Shown: piece after piece, positions 23,326-36,970 of the stretch | Layout of the letters: every line of letters begins with the position of its first letter | Numbering within the stretch: the stretch's first letter is position 1 | Assembly: GCA_002104905.1 (NCBI GenBank) | Contig: MCFE01000381.1 | Span: 1 to 64,000, forward strand | Source of the DNA: Basidiobolus meristosporus CBS 931.73 | Lineage: Eukaryota > Fungi > Basidiobolomycota | Reading direction: 5' to 3' | Length of the DNA: 64,000 nt | Position numbers and translations under genes: made by a program | Notes under the pieces: model-generated | Told to the model about the DNA's origin: nothing | The model's input: the letters and a program-made list of their open reading frames with translations, nothing else | The model's database searches: none

Positions 23326-24670
23326 CGAATCGTTTCCAACTACTCGATCTAGAACACCGTATATATGTTAATAAGCCACAAATAAGACTATCTTATTGTT
23401 AATTATGCATATCTACGGCCCTCTTCATCTTTGCACAATCAAACATGAGCTCGGAGTCGCTTCACCTGGTCGTGGACAGCCCTATGGGTGTACCAATACC
23501 ACGCATGATTTACAAAGGATCTTGGTAGCATTCGTGAAGATGGTTGTTGAGCGGGTTTCATGTTACAGTGTTATCCCCCATGTGCCACCAGAATTCTTTC
23601 TAGACTTCTACGCAACCAATTCACCCGCCTTGCATATGTTTATGCTATGGTCTATTAGTATGGTAGCACCAATAGTGCACATGTGCTTTGACCCAACAAT
23701 AGATGAGCTCATTCTGGTATGCTCTACAGCTCTACTGTATGCTATCTGCATATTCGTGTTATTCATATTATGTAATCTGGCCAGTAATATCCCATAAACT
23801 CGCCTACCATGGTTTCTGATTATTTTATTGCATAGATTATGGCTCAGTCTATATGCAATTTCAAGGTACAATGCTTCCCATGGAAGGTAAATAACCGTGC
23901 CAGTACCTACTTGATACAACTACATCCATGTTATCATCTCTACCATTTGCATATCGTGTATTGTATTGCAATGTTGTTGACTGATTGAATACACAATGCC
24001 TTTCAGAACCTTCCATCACTGCTTGTTAGTATATTCCTAGCTCATTGAGATGTAAGCAAGACTTCTACAAATATGTCTCATCTTCTAGGCTAACTGTCAT
24101 CTACAATGACCATGTACAATAAAGCATTGTGTTAATCTCAATATTGCTGCTTGTTATTTGGTTATTCACTGCTACCAATTGTTACTAGAACTTTCACTCC
24201 TGGTCCAAGGAGCATTGGCCAGAAGCAACTGTGACAGCAAACCAACCTTGTAGGCACCACTTGCAATGTATACTCATATCAAGTGTCTTTTATTATATTT
24301 GACAGTTACCTAGGTTGCTCATGTAGAAGAAAAAACACTATATGTCTTTCTAATTATCAAGCAAAGCAGTATTCTCATAAAGCCCCTGCTGGTGGGGTTT
24401 ACAGTTGCTTTGGCTTTGTCAGCCTTAGTAGATGGCCATCTACAAGGTTGCTGTATCCAACAAATATGCTTATTATGATGCCAACCAAGCTGAGAACTGT
24501 GGATCATTAAGTCTCATGTCACAAGCTGAAGCCTAGTTTCCCTCAACATTGGATCAAAGACAGTTCCAACTAAGGATGTGAAGATTTGGCAGGAGGCTAT
24601 TGCTGTTGTAAGAGTCATGGAGATATTGGAGGTGACTGGGAGAACAAGTAGATTATGTGGTTTTCACTTA

Positions 24671-25090
24671 GGGTCAGGGGGAGGAAAGTCACCAAATATG
24701 TGGTGGTGTATAAGTCCAAGGGAGAGATACATCCAACACTCCTCAAGTATTGTGTGTGGGGTGTTCACTGGGTGCAATAACCTCTGGCAAAAGCCTGCTA
24801 GAAATACATGGGTCCTGTCTCTAATTTAATGTCATGGGGAATAAAGCCACAAGCTTGTCAAGGGAAAACTATTGAGCTATAATCCCAAACTTAGTTGGTG
24901 TCTTAACAAAAATATGTGCTGAGTTCAGTGTCCTCTGAAATGACAATGTACTAAACCTTCCAAAGTCAAAACAACTGCCAGCTCCACCAGCAGAGACTAG
25001 ATCAGAATGCAGCTGTGGTCAATAGTTACAAAGTCAGAAAAATGTCTTTGCCTGCTTAAGGACAAACTTGGGAAAGAATCAAATACAATA
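24671..25090 (-). mobile_element. 3' 390 bp of a Gypsy LTR-B variant plus 28 nt of PBS/leader, inserted into the solo LTR-A
   Basis: 24699-25090 is the reverse complement of the LTR-B 3' portion ending ACCACCACA, followed by TATT TGGTGAC. Flanked by a 36-bp duplication of LTR-A sequence. Confidence 0.8.
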
Positions 25091-25120
25091 ACTGGGAGAA
25101 TAAGTAGATTATGTGGTTTT

Positions 25121-28100
25121 TGTTGTAAAAATTTGTATTTCCACCTAAATAATCACCTAACTTAGTCACTTAGATCATTACCTTCAAATCCTAGAGAATA
25201 CTGACCAAATTCCTTGTCAGGATTTACTTAGAATATTTTCACCAAAATACCAGGTGCCCAGAACATGAAAATTCTCAAAGTTGTTCAAACAGCCCCAAAC
25301 TTTGCACACATGTTCTTGGGACCTTCCTTAACCTATTCTACGTGTCTGTAATGCCAAGATCAGGTAAAAGTATAAATACTACTTTTACATTCAATAGATC
25401 ATTAAGTGAAAACTACATGATCTACTTGTTCTCCCAATCACTTCCAATATCTCCAAGACTCTTACAGCATGTTATGAACCCCAAGCTGTCACTGTCTGCA
25501 ATGTCTAATACTGCCATTACTGGAATTTTTCCCTCTGCTGAAAAGTTGGTTGGATCTAACTACCAAGTGTGGAAGGTGAAGATGAAGATGCTGCTACAAG
25601 CAAGAGGCCTTTGGGATATTGTCATGGGAGAAGAATGCCCTCCTAAAAACGTGGGAGAGGAAGCCTTAAAGTACCAGAAGAAAGAACGAAGTGCCTTTAA
25701 CTGCATTTGCCTCAATGTTAAGGACAAATTGCTAATTCAATGCTCAAGAGCAAAATGGCAAAGAATGCCTGGAAAGCATTAGAAGACACCTACCAGTCAT
25801 GTTCAGCTGCCAAGAAGATGTATCTGAGACAAAAATTCTTTACTACAAAGATGCTGCCAGGAGAAGAAATGAGAAATCTAAATAACAGAATTACCCTGCT
25901 GGTAGATGAGATGGAATCTGTGGGTGTACCAACTACTGATGAAGATGTGATAGTTACCATCCTGAATAGCCTGACAGACAAGTTTCAGGGCCTTGTATCC
26001 ACCCTAGAGTCCGGAACTGAAGGATTGACCTTAAATTACGTATATGAAAGGCTCCTGGATGAAGAATTAAGAAAATCAAGTGCTAGTAAGAAGGAAGAAG
26101 AAAATGCTTTAATAAGCAATGATAGCCAACAAAGGAGATACCCAAGACCCTACAAATGCAACAGCAACCTGTTTTGCAACTACTGTAAAAGGAAAGGACA
26201 CACATCAGACCGGTATCTCAAAAAGAGAGATTATCAGCAAAAGAAGCCTGAATATGGAAATGCTGCAACAACTGAAGATAGACTATTCATATCTGCACTA
26301 AATATGACCACAAACAAGGATTCTCAGATGTGGTATATTGACTCTGGAGCTTCTCAACACTTTACACACCAAAAAGAACTTTTTACCCAATATCAAGAAA
26401 TTCCAATTAAGAAGGTTTTCATGGGTGACAATAGAGCACTTGATGCAGTGGGAGAAGGAACTATCCAAGTAAACCTTAGAGGCAGTGAAGGACGCCATAC
26501 ACTGACCTTTAAAGAAGTACTCTATGTACCAGAAATAGCCAAGAACCTACTCTCTGTAAGCAAGGCCACAGCAGAAGGACTCAGTTTCAGTTTTGACAAT
26601 CCTGGATGCAGGATCACTGATCAAAATGGTGCCCATATTGCTTTGGGAATCAGAGATCAGAATCTATACAAGTTGACTTATATTCCATCATATTTGGAAG
26701 CCAATATAAGTAACTTAAATGAAGAAACACCAATGCTTTGGTACAGGAGATTTGGACACATCAATTTTGATTATTTGCGCAAAATGATCAAAGATCAGCT
26801 AATTTCTGGAGTAAAAATTGATCCCCCAGCTAACTTGGAGCACTGTGAAGCCTGCACATATGGGAAACAAGCCAGACAACTGTTCAAGAGCTCTGGGTTA
26901 ATCAAAACTAAGAAAAAATTAGATCTAATTCACTCAGATCTGTGTGGACCTATGCAAAATTTATCATTAGGCGGGATGAAGTATTTAATCACTTTTATTG
27001 ATGATTATACAAGATACACATGAGTCTACTTCATGGAGAGAAAGGAAGAAGCTCTGTCTAAGCTCAGGGAGTTTAAAGCCATGGTGGAGAGAGAAACTGG
27101 TGAAAAAATCAAGAAAATACGCTCTGACAATGGTGGAGAATATACCTCAAAACTCTTCATCCACTTCTGCAAAATTCATGGGATAAAGCAAGAGACTACT
27201 GTACCATACTCCCCACAGCAAAATGGAGTAGCAGAACAAGCTAACAGATCAATAATTGATGTGGCAAGATCTATGATCCATGATCAAAAATTATCCTATG
27301 ATTTTTGGGCGGAATCAGTTGCCACTGCTGTATATCTTAAAAATAGGAGTTATAACAGAATACTTCGTGATTCTACTCCATTTGAAGCATGGTATAGATA
27401 CAGACCAAGCGCAGAACAGCTAAGAATATTTGGGTGTACAGCATATGCCAAAAAACTGGCCGGAAATCAGTCAAAATCTAAGCCAAAAAGTGTAAAATGC
27501 ATATTTTTGGGCTACTGCAATGAGAGTAAGGCATACAGACACTACAATACCAAAGCAAAGAAGCTTATCAAGTCCAGGGATGTGTTGTTTGATGAAAATT
27601 CAAAATTTTCACAAAAAATGATATCAGTTGATGACAAAAATTTGATCTCAAGTCCACCAATGGTCAGGATTGAATCAGAGCAAAACAATGAAGATTTTTT
27701 CACTCCAGAGGACTTTAAAACCGTGGTTCAGCCAGAATCAGTGTCCAGTAATATCCCAGAAGTGATCATTCCAGTATCAAATGCCCGGAGATCCAATGAG
27801 ACAAGAAATAGCCCAAATTACTATATCAATCAGGGTACAAACTTAGCCTATGACTATTCAGTCCATATTGATTAGCCCCAGACTGTAAAAGAGGCCCCAA
27901 ATAGCCCTCAGATGAAGTTTTGGAGATCTGCAATGACTGAGGAATATCAGGGCTTGATGGAAAATCAAACTTGGGACTTAGTCAAGTTACCAATCAACCA
28001 AAAATCAATTGGATGCAGATGGGTCTTCAAGACAAAATACAAGGCTGATGGTACAGTTGAAAGATACAAAGCAAGACTTGTAGTCAAAGGATAATCTCAA

Positions 28101-29801
28101 ACAAAAGGACTTGACTATACTGAGACCTTTGCACCGGTAGCCAAGTGTAATTCCATCAGATTAATATTGGCTATTGCAGCCGAATATAAGTTTTTTATTC
28201 ATCAAATGGATGTAAAAACTGCATTTTTGAATGGAGAACTTGATGAGGATGTGTATATGAACCAGCCTGATGGGTTTGTTGACCAAGATAACCCCCATCT
28301 GGTCTGCAAGCTTAAAAAGTCACTATATGGTCTCAAACAATCACTGAGAGCCTGGAATTGCAAGATAGATTCTTATTTGGAATCCTTGAGGTTCAAAAGA
28401 AGTAATACTGACTATAGCATATACTATAAGCCAGATAGAGCAAATACAGTTCTATTAGCTCTATATGTGGATGATCTTATTATAGCCGCTAATAACCTAG
28501 AAACATTGGAAGAGACTAAATCCAGCCTATCTAAGGAGTTCAAGATGTCTGATTTAGGAGAACTTAGTTACTACTTAGGGATTAAGTTCTCCATAGACAG
28601 AAGTACCCAGACTAATACCCTAAGCCAATCCAAGTATATTCAAGATATACTAAAGAAGTACAAAATGGAGACTGTAAACCGGCAGCTACCCCAATGGAGA
28701 CAAACCTTAACTTGGTCAAAACTCAACCAAATCAAGAGAGCTTGGTGCCATCTGAAAGCCCTGACTTTCCTTAGCAATCTATGGTCGGCAGTCTGATGTA
28801 TATCATGCTTGGAACATGTCCACAAATCTCATATTCAGTGGGAGTTGTCAGCCAACATAATTAGAACTATGGATCTGATCATATTTCAGCAGTTAAGCAG
28901 ATTTTTAGATACCTAAAAGAAACTGCTAATATCTGCTTAAGATACACTTATAAGCACTCAGAACAAGATCTTGTGGGATACTTTGATGCAGATTGGGGAC
29001 AAAATTTAGAAGACTGAAGATCCACCACAGGATACACCTTTCTTTACTGTAAAGGAGCAATTTCATGGAATTCAAGAAAGCAACCAACCGTAGCACTTTC
29101 CACCACAGAGGCAGAGTATATGGCAGCCTGTGAAGCTACAAAAGAAGCAATGTGGTTAAGAAAGCTGTTTACAGATTTAGGCCTATGTCAAAAAACGCCA
29201 ATTACTTTATTTCAAGATAATCAAGGATGTATACAATTAGGTAGAAATCCAACTTTTCATGCTAGAACCAAGCACATAGATATTAGACATCATTTCATAC
29301 GTGAAGCTATAAAGAATAACTTAGTTAGCTTAGTTTACTGTCCTACAGATGAAATGATTGCAGACATATTTACCAAACCATTAGCTAGAGACAAGTTTGA
29401 ATATCTTAGGTCAAAATTAGGACTAGTCAGTATGAACATTTTGCTGAGTGGGAGTGTTGTAAAAATTTGTATTTCCACCTAAATATTCACCTAACTTAGT
29501 CACTTAGATCATCACCTTCAAATCCTAGAGAATACTGACCAAATTCCTTGTTGGGATTTACTTAAAATATTTTCACCAAAATACCAGGTACCCAGAACTT
29601 GAAAATTCTCAAAGTTGTCCAAACAGCCCCAAACTTTGCACGCATGTTCTTGGGACCTTCCTTAACCTATTCTAAGTGTTTGTAGTGCCAAGATCAGGTA
29701 AAATATAAATACTACTTTTACATTCAATAAATCATTAAGTGAAAACCACATAATGTACTTGTTCTCCAATCACTTCCAATATCTCCAAGACTCTTACAAC
29801 A
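25121..29801 (+). mobile_element. Full-length Ty1/Copia retrotransposon, family A copy 1 (defective)
   Basis: LTRs 25121-25469 and 29455-29801 (about 17 substitutions and 2 indels by manual count); 5-bp TSD GTTTT; PBS TGTTATGAACCC; PPT GCTGAGTGGGAG. Confidence 0.97.
25501..29482 (+). pseudogene. Copia gag-pol: gag, zinc knuckle, protease, integrase, RT, RNase H; several stops and frameshifts
   Basis: NYQVWKVKMKMLL, CNYCKRKGH, WYIDSGAS, HSDLCGP/IDDYTR/SDNGGEY/NGVAE, MDVKTAFLNG/LYVDDL, TEAEY/DNQG/ADIFTKPL in Copia domain order. Confidence 0.95.
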
Positions 29802-30454
29802 GTTTTCACTTATTGGTATATTGAATGTAAAAGTAGTATTTATACTTCTACATGGTTTTGGCAGAACAAACACATAAAGTATATTTAGGAAGTACCCAAT
29901 AGCATGTGTGAGAAATTTGGGGCTGTTTGGACAACTCTTAGAATTCTCTCACTTGGGGTACCTGATACCCTGGTGAAAATATTTCAAATAAGTCCCAACA
30001 AGGAGCTTGGCCAGTATTCTCAGAGATTTGTAGGTAATGATCTAAGTAACCAAGTCAGGTGATTGTTTTGGTGGAATTTCAAATTTCCACAACAATTGCA
30101 CCCAGCAAGTGCACTACTCAATCCCCTTTAGAAGTATTGGACTAATCTTTTGGGCTCAGCCTCCACCATGGGGGTACTCATATGAATTGATCTTTATTGA
30201 GGCTCCAGGAGCTTCTTTTATGCATTTAGCCAGCTCAATTTCCAAGTAAATATATTAGACTTGTTCCATTAGATAATGTCACATTGAGCCATGAATGCCA
30301 AATGATGCCATAGTGTGCCAGGAAGGCCAAGTGGACCAGTACTTGGCCACAGAGTGTGAAATATAGTGCTTCATCTTCATGCAAAGCAGCCCCTGTGTTT
30401 GACCTGTTGTGCTGGAGAAAATTCATTTTTTGACCTTTTTTTTGGATCAATGTT

Positions 30455-30780
30455 GTGCAGGATGTGTAAAAGAACAGAAGGACTGAAGACCTGCATCTGG
30501 TACTCAATACCCATGGCACTCTGATTCTAGCTCCTGTGGCTTGTAACATGTCCCAAAAATGCATGGCACTATCTTGGTCCACTGGCACTATCTGGCATTA
30601 TAAGTGTTTTGTATATGTTTTACTCTAGGGCTAATATTTAAATATAGTTCCAGTGGACCAAGATAGTGCCATGCATTTTTGGGACATGTTACAAGCCACA
30701 GGAGCTAGAATCAGAGTGACATGGGTATTGAGTACCAGATGCATATATTCATTCCTTCTGTTCTCTTACACATCATGCAC
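30455..30780. repeat. Foldback inverted repeat (about 130-bp arms, about 60-bp spacer); probable DNA-transposon terminal relic
   Basis: 30455-30585 is the reverse complement of 30650-30780 with few mismatches. The right arm is cut exactly by the Copia LTR at 30781. Contains repeated TGGCACTATC. Confidence 0.85.
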
Positions 30781-32956
30781 TGTTGGAAAAATTTGTATTC
30801 CACCTAAATATTCACCTAACTTAGTCACTTAGATCATTACCTTCAAATCCTAGGGAAAACTGACCAAATTCCTTGTTGGGATTTACTTAGAATATTTTCA
30901 CCAAAATACCAGGTACCCAGAACATGAAAATTCTCAAAGTTGCCCAAACAGCCCCAAACTTTGCATGCATGCTCTTGGGACCTTTGCTAACTTATTCTAC
31001 ATGTTTGCTATGCCAAGATCATGTAAGGTATAAATAATACTTTTGCATTCAGTAAATCTTTAAGTGAGAACCACATAATCTACTTGTCCTCCCAATCACT
31101 TCCAATATCTCTAAGACTCTTACAACCGGTTATTAGCCCTGAACTGTCACTCTCTACAATGTCTACTACTGCTATTATTTGAATCTCTCCTTCTGCTGAA
31201 AAGTTGGATGGATCTAACTACCAAGTGTGGAAAGTGAAGATGAATATGAAGATGCTGCTACAAGAAAGAGGCCTTTGGGATATTGTCATAGGAGAAGAAT
31301 GCCCTCCTAAAAATGTGGGAGAGGAGGCCTTGAGGTACCTGAAGAAAGAACAAAGTGCATTTAACTGCATTTGCATTAAGGTCAAAGACAAATTGCTACT
31401 TCAATGCTCATGAGCAAAAACAGCAATGAATGCTTGAACGGCATTGGATGACACCTACCAGTCATGTTCAGCTTCTAAGAAAATGTATCTGAGACAAAAA
31501 TTCTTTACTACAAAGATACAGCCTGGAGAAGAAATGAAAAGTTTAATTAACAGAATTACCTTGCTGGTAGATGAAATGCAATCTGTTGGCATACTAACTA
31601 CTGATGAGGATATGATAGTTACCATCCTGAATAGCTTGACAGACTAGTTTCAGGGCCTTGTATCAGCCCTAGAGTGCAGAACTGAATATTTGACCTTAAA
31701 TTACATATATGGAAGGCTCCTGGATGAAGAATTAAGAAAATCAAGTGCTTATAAGAAGGAAGAAGAAAATGCTTTAATAAGCAATGATAACCAACAAAGG
31801 AGGTACCCAAGACCCTACAAAGGCAACAGTAACCTGTTTGCAACTACTGCCAAAGGAAATGACACACATCAGACTGGTGTCTCAAAAAGAGAGGTAATCA
31901 GCAAAAGAAGCCTGAATATGGAAATGCTGCAACAACTGAAGATAGACTATTCATATCTGCACTAAATATGACCACAAACAAGGATTCTCAGCCATGGTAT
32001 ACTGACTCTGGGGCATCTGAGCACTTTACCCACCAAAAAGAACTTTTTACCCAATATCAAGAAATTCCAATTAAGAAGGTTTTCATGGGTGACAATAGAG
32101 CACTTGATGCAGTGGGAGAAGGGACTATCCAAGTAAACCTTAGAAGTGTTGTAAAGTTTGTATTTCCACCTAAATATTAACCTAACTTAGCCACTTAGAT
32201 CATTACCTTCAAATCCTAGAGAATACTGACCAAATTCCTTGTTGGGATTTACTTAGAATATTTTCACCAAAATACCAGGTACCCAGAACATGAAAATTTG
32301 CAAAGTTGCCCAAACAGCCCCAAACTTTGCACACATGTTCTTGGGACCTTCCTTAGCATATCTTGCATGTTTGTTATGCCAAGACCAAATAAAAGTACAA
32401 ATACTACTTTTACATTCAACAAATCATTAAGTGAAAACCACATAATCTACTTGTCCTCCCAAACACTTCCAATATCTCCAAGACTCTTACAACATGTTAT
32501 GAGCCCCAAGCTGTCACTCTCTGCAATGTCTAATACTGCTATTACTGGAATTTTTCCCTCTGCTGAAAAGTTGGTTGGATCTAACTACCAAGTGTGGAAG
32601 GTGAAGATGAAGATGCTGCTACAAGAAAGAGACCTTTAGGATATTGTCATGGGAGAAGAATGCCTCCTCAAAAATGTGGGAGAGGAAGCCTTAAAGTACC
32701 AGAAGAAAGAACAAAGTGCCTTTAACTGCATTTGCCCTAATGTTAAAGACAAATTGCTAATTCAATGCTCAAGAGCAAAAATAGAAAAGAATGCCTGGAA
32801 GGCATTAGAAGACACCTACCAGTCATGTTCAGCTGCTAAGAAAATGTATCTGAGACAAAAATTCTTTGCTACAAAGATGCTGTCACAAGACGAAATGAAA
32901 AATCTAATTAACAGAATTACCCTGCTGGTAGATGAGATGGAATTTGTGGGTGTACC

Positions 32957-34034
32957 TGTAGTGGGGTCACAGTGGCACCCACAGGTGGATGTGCTCATTC
33001 TCATACATTCACTTCCCTAAAAAGGATTACCCCCCTATATTAGTATCATCCCAAATTTGCAATAGTTCCTATTTTTGTCTATGTGATTATTACTATGCAA
33101 CCTGACAAACTATTTGTCACTATTAACCCATTGCACAAGCTATTCTTATTCCTTGCCAAGATGCCAAGATAAGATAGTTACCATATAAGGCAAGTGCCCC
33201 AACAGTGCCCATGTCATGTGGCTGTCTTGGTTTCATAACCCTCCTATCCTACTGCCATAAGAGGCAACCACATGACACAGGGTTTCATATTACCACTACC
33301 TGATTGGCTAGGTGCTAATATGTCTCATGGAACAATCTGCCAAGAATTTACGCTATTTTTAGTACACAATGACATGATTGGCTGTCTACTACCTTCTGGA
33401 AACTTCTGAAAAGTATTTTCTAGCAAGAATTTGAGCAGCAAAAAAGTATATAAGGGAGGCTATCCCTTAAAATAAATCATCCCTCTTCCAATATTCCAAC
33501 TTATTGATTAGTGAGATCACCACTGCCTATTACCACTATTTTCTGACTCAGACCTGATGATACTCCCAGGAAACCGCACTGACAGCCAACTGACCTTGGA
33601 GGCACTACTTGTGAGGAATACTCAGAGTAGGTATATTTTTTTATATTTGTTTGTTTTCCCAAGTTTGTTCTTGTACAGGCAGAGATACTTTTCAGTCTTT
33701 GTAACTACTGGTCAAAGCTGCATTCTTATCAAGTCCCTGTTGGTAGAGTTTACAGTTGTTTTGACTTTGGAAGCTTAGGTACATTGTCATCTCAAAGGAT
33801 GTCAAAGCCATTATAAACTTTTGTTAAGATGCCAACTAAGTTGGGGATTGTAGTTCAATAGTTTTCCCTTGACAAGCTTGAGGCTTTATCCCCCTCCACA
33901 TTAGATTAGACAAAAGACCCAGTATTCCTAGCAAGCTTTTGCCAGAGGTTATTGCACCCAGTGAACACCCCACACACACTCATACTTGAGAAGTGTTGGC
34001 TGTATTTTTCCCTTTGGACTTATACACCACCACA
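32957..34034 (+). mobile_element. Solo LTR, Gypsy family B
   Basis: TGTAGTGG..ACCACCACA; homologous to 48272-49342; TSD GTACC inside Copia gag. Confidence 0.92.
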
Positions 34035-34203
34035 GTACCAATCTACTGATGAGGATGTGGTAGTTACCATCCTGAATAGCCTGACAGACAAGTTTCAGGG
34101 CCTTGTATCAGCCCTAGAGTCTAGAACTGAAGATTTGACCTTAAATTACATATATGGAAGGCTCCTGGATGAAGAATTAGGAAAATCAAGTGCTAGTAAG
34201 AAG

Positions 34204-35360
34204 TGTTGTGTTGTATTATGATTAGTTTGGGGCTTGTTCTACAATGTAGAGGCTAATCAACAATATACAACAACTTCCAGTATGCTAATACTGAAATAGT
34301 TTATTGGGAGTTTGATATACCAATAGAAGATATAACTTTAACTAATTTCCTCAATCTTGGGCTCAAAATATACTGTAGGCAGTGTTTATCACTTCTACAG
34401 CAGTGTTCTGACCTTCTGTTGAACTAATGGGCTTATTTGGAAGTCACTTTCCTTTCTGAGAAAATATTTCCTAATATGGAAATTCTGAACTCCCCTTTAA
34501 CCCAAAGGGGTGCGTTGTAGAAGTCTCTAAAGGGGTCTTTAGACCTAAAGGGGTGTTTTAGAGTAAAGGGGCTTCTTGTAGTGGTCTCTAAAGTGGACTT
34601 TACACTAAAGGGGTGCCTAAAGGGGCTTCTTTAGAGTAAAGGGGTTTCTTAAAGGGGTATCTAAAGGGGTTTCTTAGAGGGGACTTTTCCAACAGAAAAG
34701 TGGTAGTTTCTTGTAGAACTTAGATTTGATTCTTGTGAGCTTTGCAGTCTCTTTACTGATGTAGTACCGATCAAAGTCAGAATACTCAACAGTGCAAGTG
34801 ATGCAGGGGAAGTCTTATAACCTTTAAACTTGTAATTGTAGTGTGGAGATTCTGGAAAGAGAGGCTCTCTCTTTTTTTTTCAGCTGGGGAAGTCATATAT
34901 ATGAAAATTTTGAAGGATCAAAGTTTTTGGGCAATTGCGCAAGCAATACACGTGATACAAAGCTAAAAATTTGCAGTGGCGCAGATCGGACATAGGCGCA
35001 GCACCTGTGGAGATTTCAAGTGATTTGATTGGCTGGTTCGAAAGTTACACGCGATCAAAGTCACCATAGTAATCCTAGCAATAAGGCATAGTATATATAA
35101 TAGTTGGACTCTTTTGGTTATAACTCCTTAAGTACTGCTTCAAATGAGCTGTAATTTGAAACATGTGTTGGCTACTACGTGTTCTGTATGACATAATATT
35201 CTTGGGTGGATTGCTTGTCAGGGTCTGGAGCATTTGTTCTTCAAAGTTGGAAGTTCTTGATCTTTCACTTGTGTGTTATGATAGCAAAAAGCAAAATAAA
35301 GAAATGAGTGCAATATTGGTTTAGAGATACTGTAGTAATGGAATACTTTCCATTACCACA
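34204..35360 (-). mobile_element. Solo LTR, Gypsy family C
   Basis: Reverse complement of 40978-42251; 4-bp TSD GAAG; palindrome array at about 34498-34685. Confidence 0.92.
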
Positions 35361-36166
35361 GAAGGAAGAAGAAAATGCTTTAATAAGCAATGATAACCAA
35401 CAAAGAAGGTACCCAAGACCCTACAAAGGCAACAGCAACCTGTTTTGCAACTACTGCCAAAAGTAAGGACACACATCAGACCGGTGTCTCAAAGAGAAAG
35501 ATAATCTATAAAAGAAGCCTGAATATGGAAATGCTGCAACAACTGAAGATAGACTACTCATATCTGCACTAAATATGACCACAAACAATGATTCTCAGAC
35601 GTGGTATATTGACTCTGGAGCATCTCAACACTTTACACACCAAAAAGAACTTTTTACCCAATATCAAGAAATTCCAATAAGAAGGTTTTCCTGGGTGACA
35701 ATAGAACACTTGATGCAGTGGGAGAAGGAACTATCCAAGTAAGCCTAAGAACCAGTGAAGAATGCCATACACTGACCCTTAAAGAAGTACTCTATGTGCC
35801 AGAAATAGCCAAGAACCTATTATCTGTAAGCAAGGTCACTGCAGAAGGACTCAGTTACAGCTTTGACAATTCTGGATGCATGATCACTGATCAAAATGGT
35901 GCCCATATTGCTTTGGGTATCAGAGATCAGAACCTATACAAGTTGACTTATATTCCATCATATTTGGAAGCCAATATAAGTAACTTAAATGAAGAAACAC
36001 CAATGGTTTGGCATCCCCCAGCTAACTTGGAGCACTGTGAAGCCTGCATATAAGGGAAACAAGCCAGAAAACTGTTCAAGAGCTTTGGGTTGATCAAAAC
36101 TAAGAAAAAATTAGATCTAATTCTTTCAGATCTGTGTGAACCTATGCAAAATTTATCCTTGGGTGG

Positions 36167-36970
36167 TGTGGTAGGGTAAACATACCTCCCACTGACAAGT
36201 TTATTCATATAGTCATTATGATATACTTATCCATATTTTAACTTATCAGTATTATCCCATTCTCCTTTTGCCCATATTATCAGTATTATCCCCAAATGAT
36301 CTTTACCCTAATAAGCTATCAACATTAGTTATCCCAGATGTTATTCAGCTTTGTGATCAGTATATGTATTGACATAAGGCAAGTACTGGCGTCAGTACCT
36401 GTGACACATGACCTAGGTCTGTATTACCATCCCTACTATTTCAATACCATATATGGTATCTCTATGTTGCACAGGTTTCAGACTGCTGATTCCTGATTGG
36501 TTGAATGTGCTGTGCCTTTTAGAACCTTCCAGGACATTCTTGGCATATTTTTAGCTCATAGTGATGTCATCAAGAATTCCACTGACACCTAGAATCTTCT
36601 AGAACCTTGTCATTGGTAATCACTTGGCAACCAGGAAAAGTATTTAAGGGAAAGCAATCCCTCATCAATAAGTCATCCCTTCTATCAGTAACACATCTAC
36701 CTTATTGATTAGCAGTTGATCACTGCACCTGCCTTCAACAGTACATCTCAGACCTGCCATCAAGGAGCTTCTCAGGGTAGTGCACAAGACACACAGAGGC
36801 CTTTGGAGACACTTGGAGCACCTAGGAAGCTAGCAAAGCAGAAGCTTTTACCAAAGTGACATATTGACAAAGACACCAGCAGTTTAGACCCAGAGGTTAT
36901 TGCACCCATCAGACACCTAACATACCTTGAGTTGTGTAGCTTCTCCCAGGAATACCTCTACACCACCACA
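36167..36970 (+). mobile_element. Solo LTR, diverged relative of Gypsy LTR-B (B2, 804 bp)
   Basis: TGTGGTAG..TACACCACCACA; shares GGTTATTGCACCC and AAGTAT.TAAGGGA motifs with LTR-B; TSD GTGG/GCAG derived from the target GCGG. Confidence 0.85.

Larger units (their letters stand above)
24604..30094 (-). mobile_element. Antisense solo LTR of Copia family A, split by two later insertions (pieces 24604-24670, 25091-25120, 29802-30094)
   Basis: Pieces are reverse complements of LTR-A; ends TGTTG..CAACA; 5-bp TSD ATTGC at 24599-24603 and 30095-30099. Confidence 0.88.

Noticed and set aside
23750-24250. Faint similarity to LTR-B/B2 internal motifs (GCCAGTACC, AGAACCTTCCA)
   Set aside because: Too degenerate to define ends or a TSD by eye.
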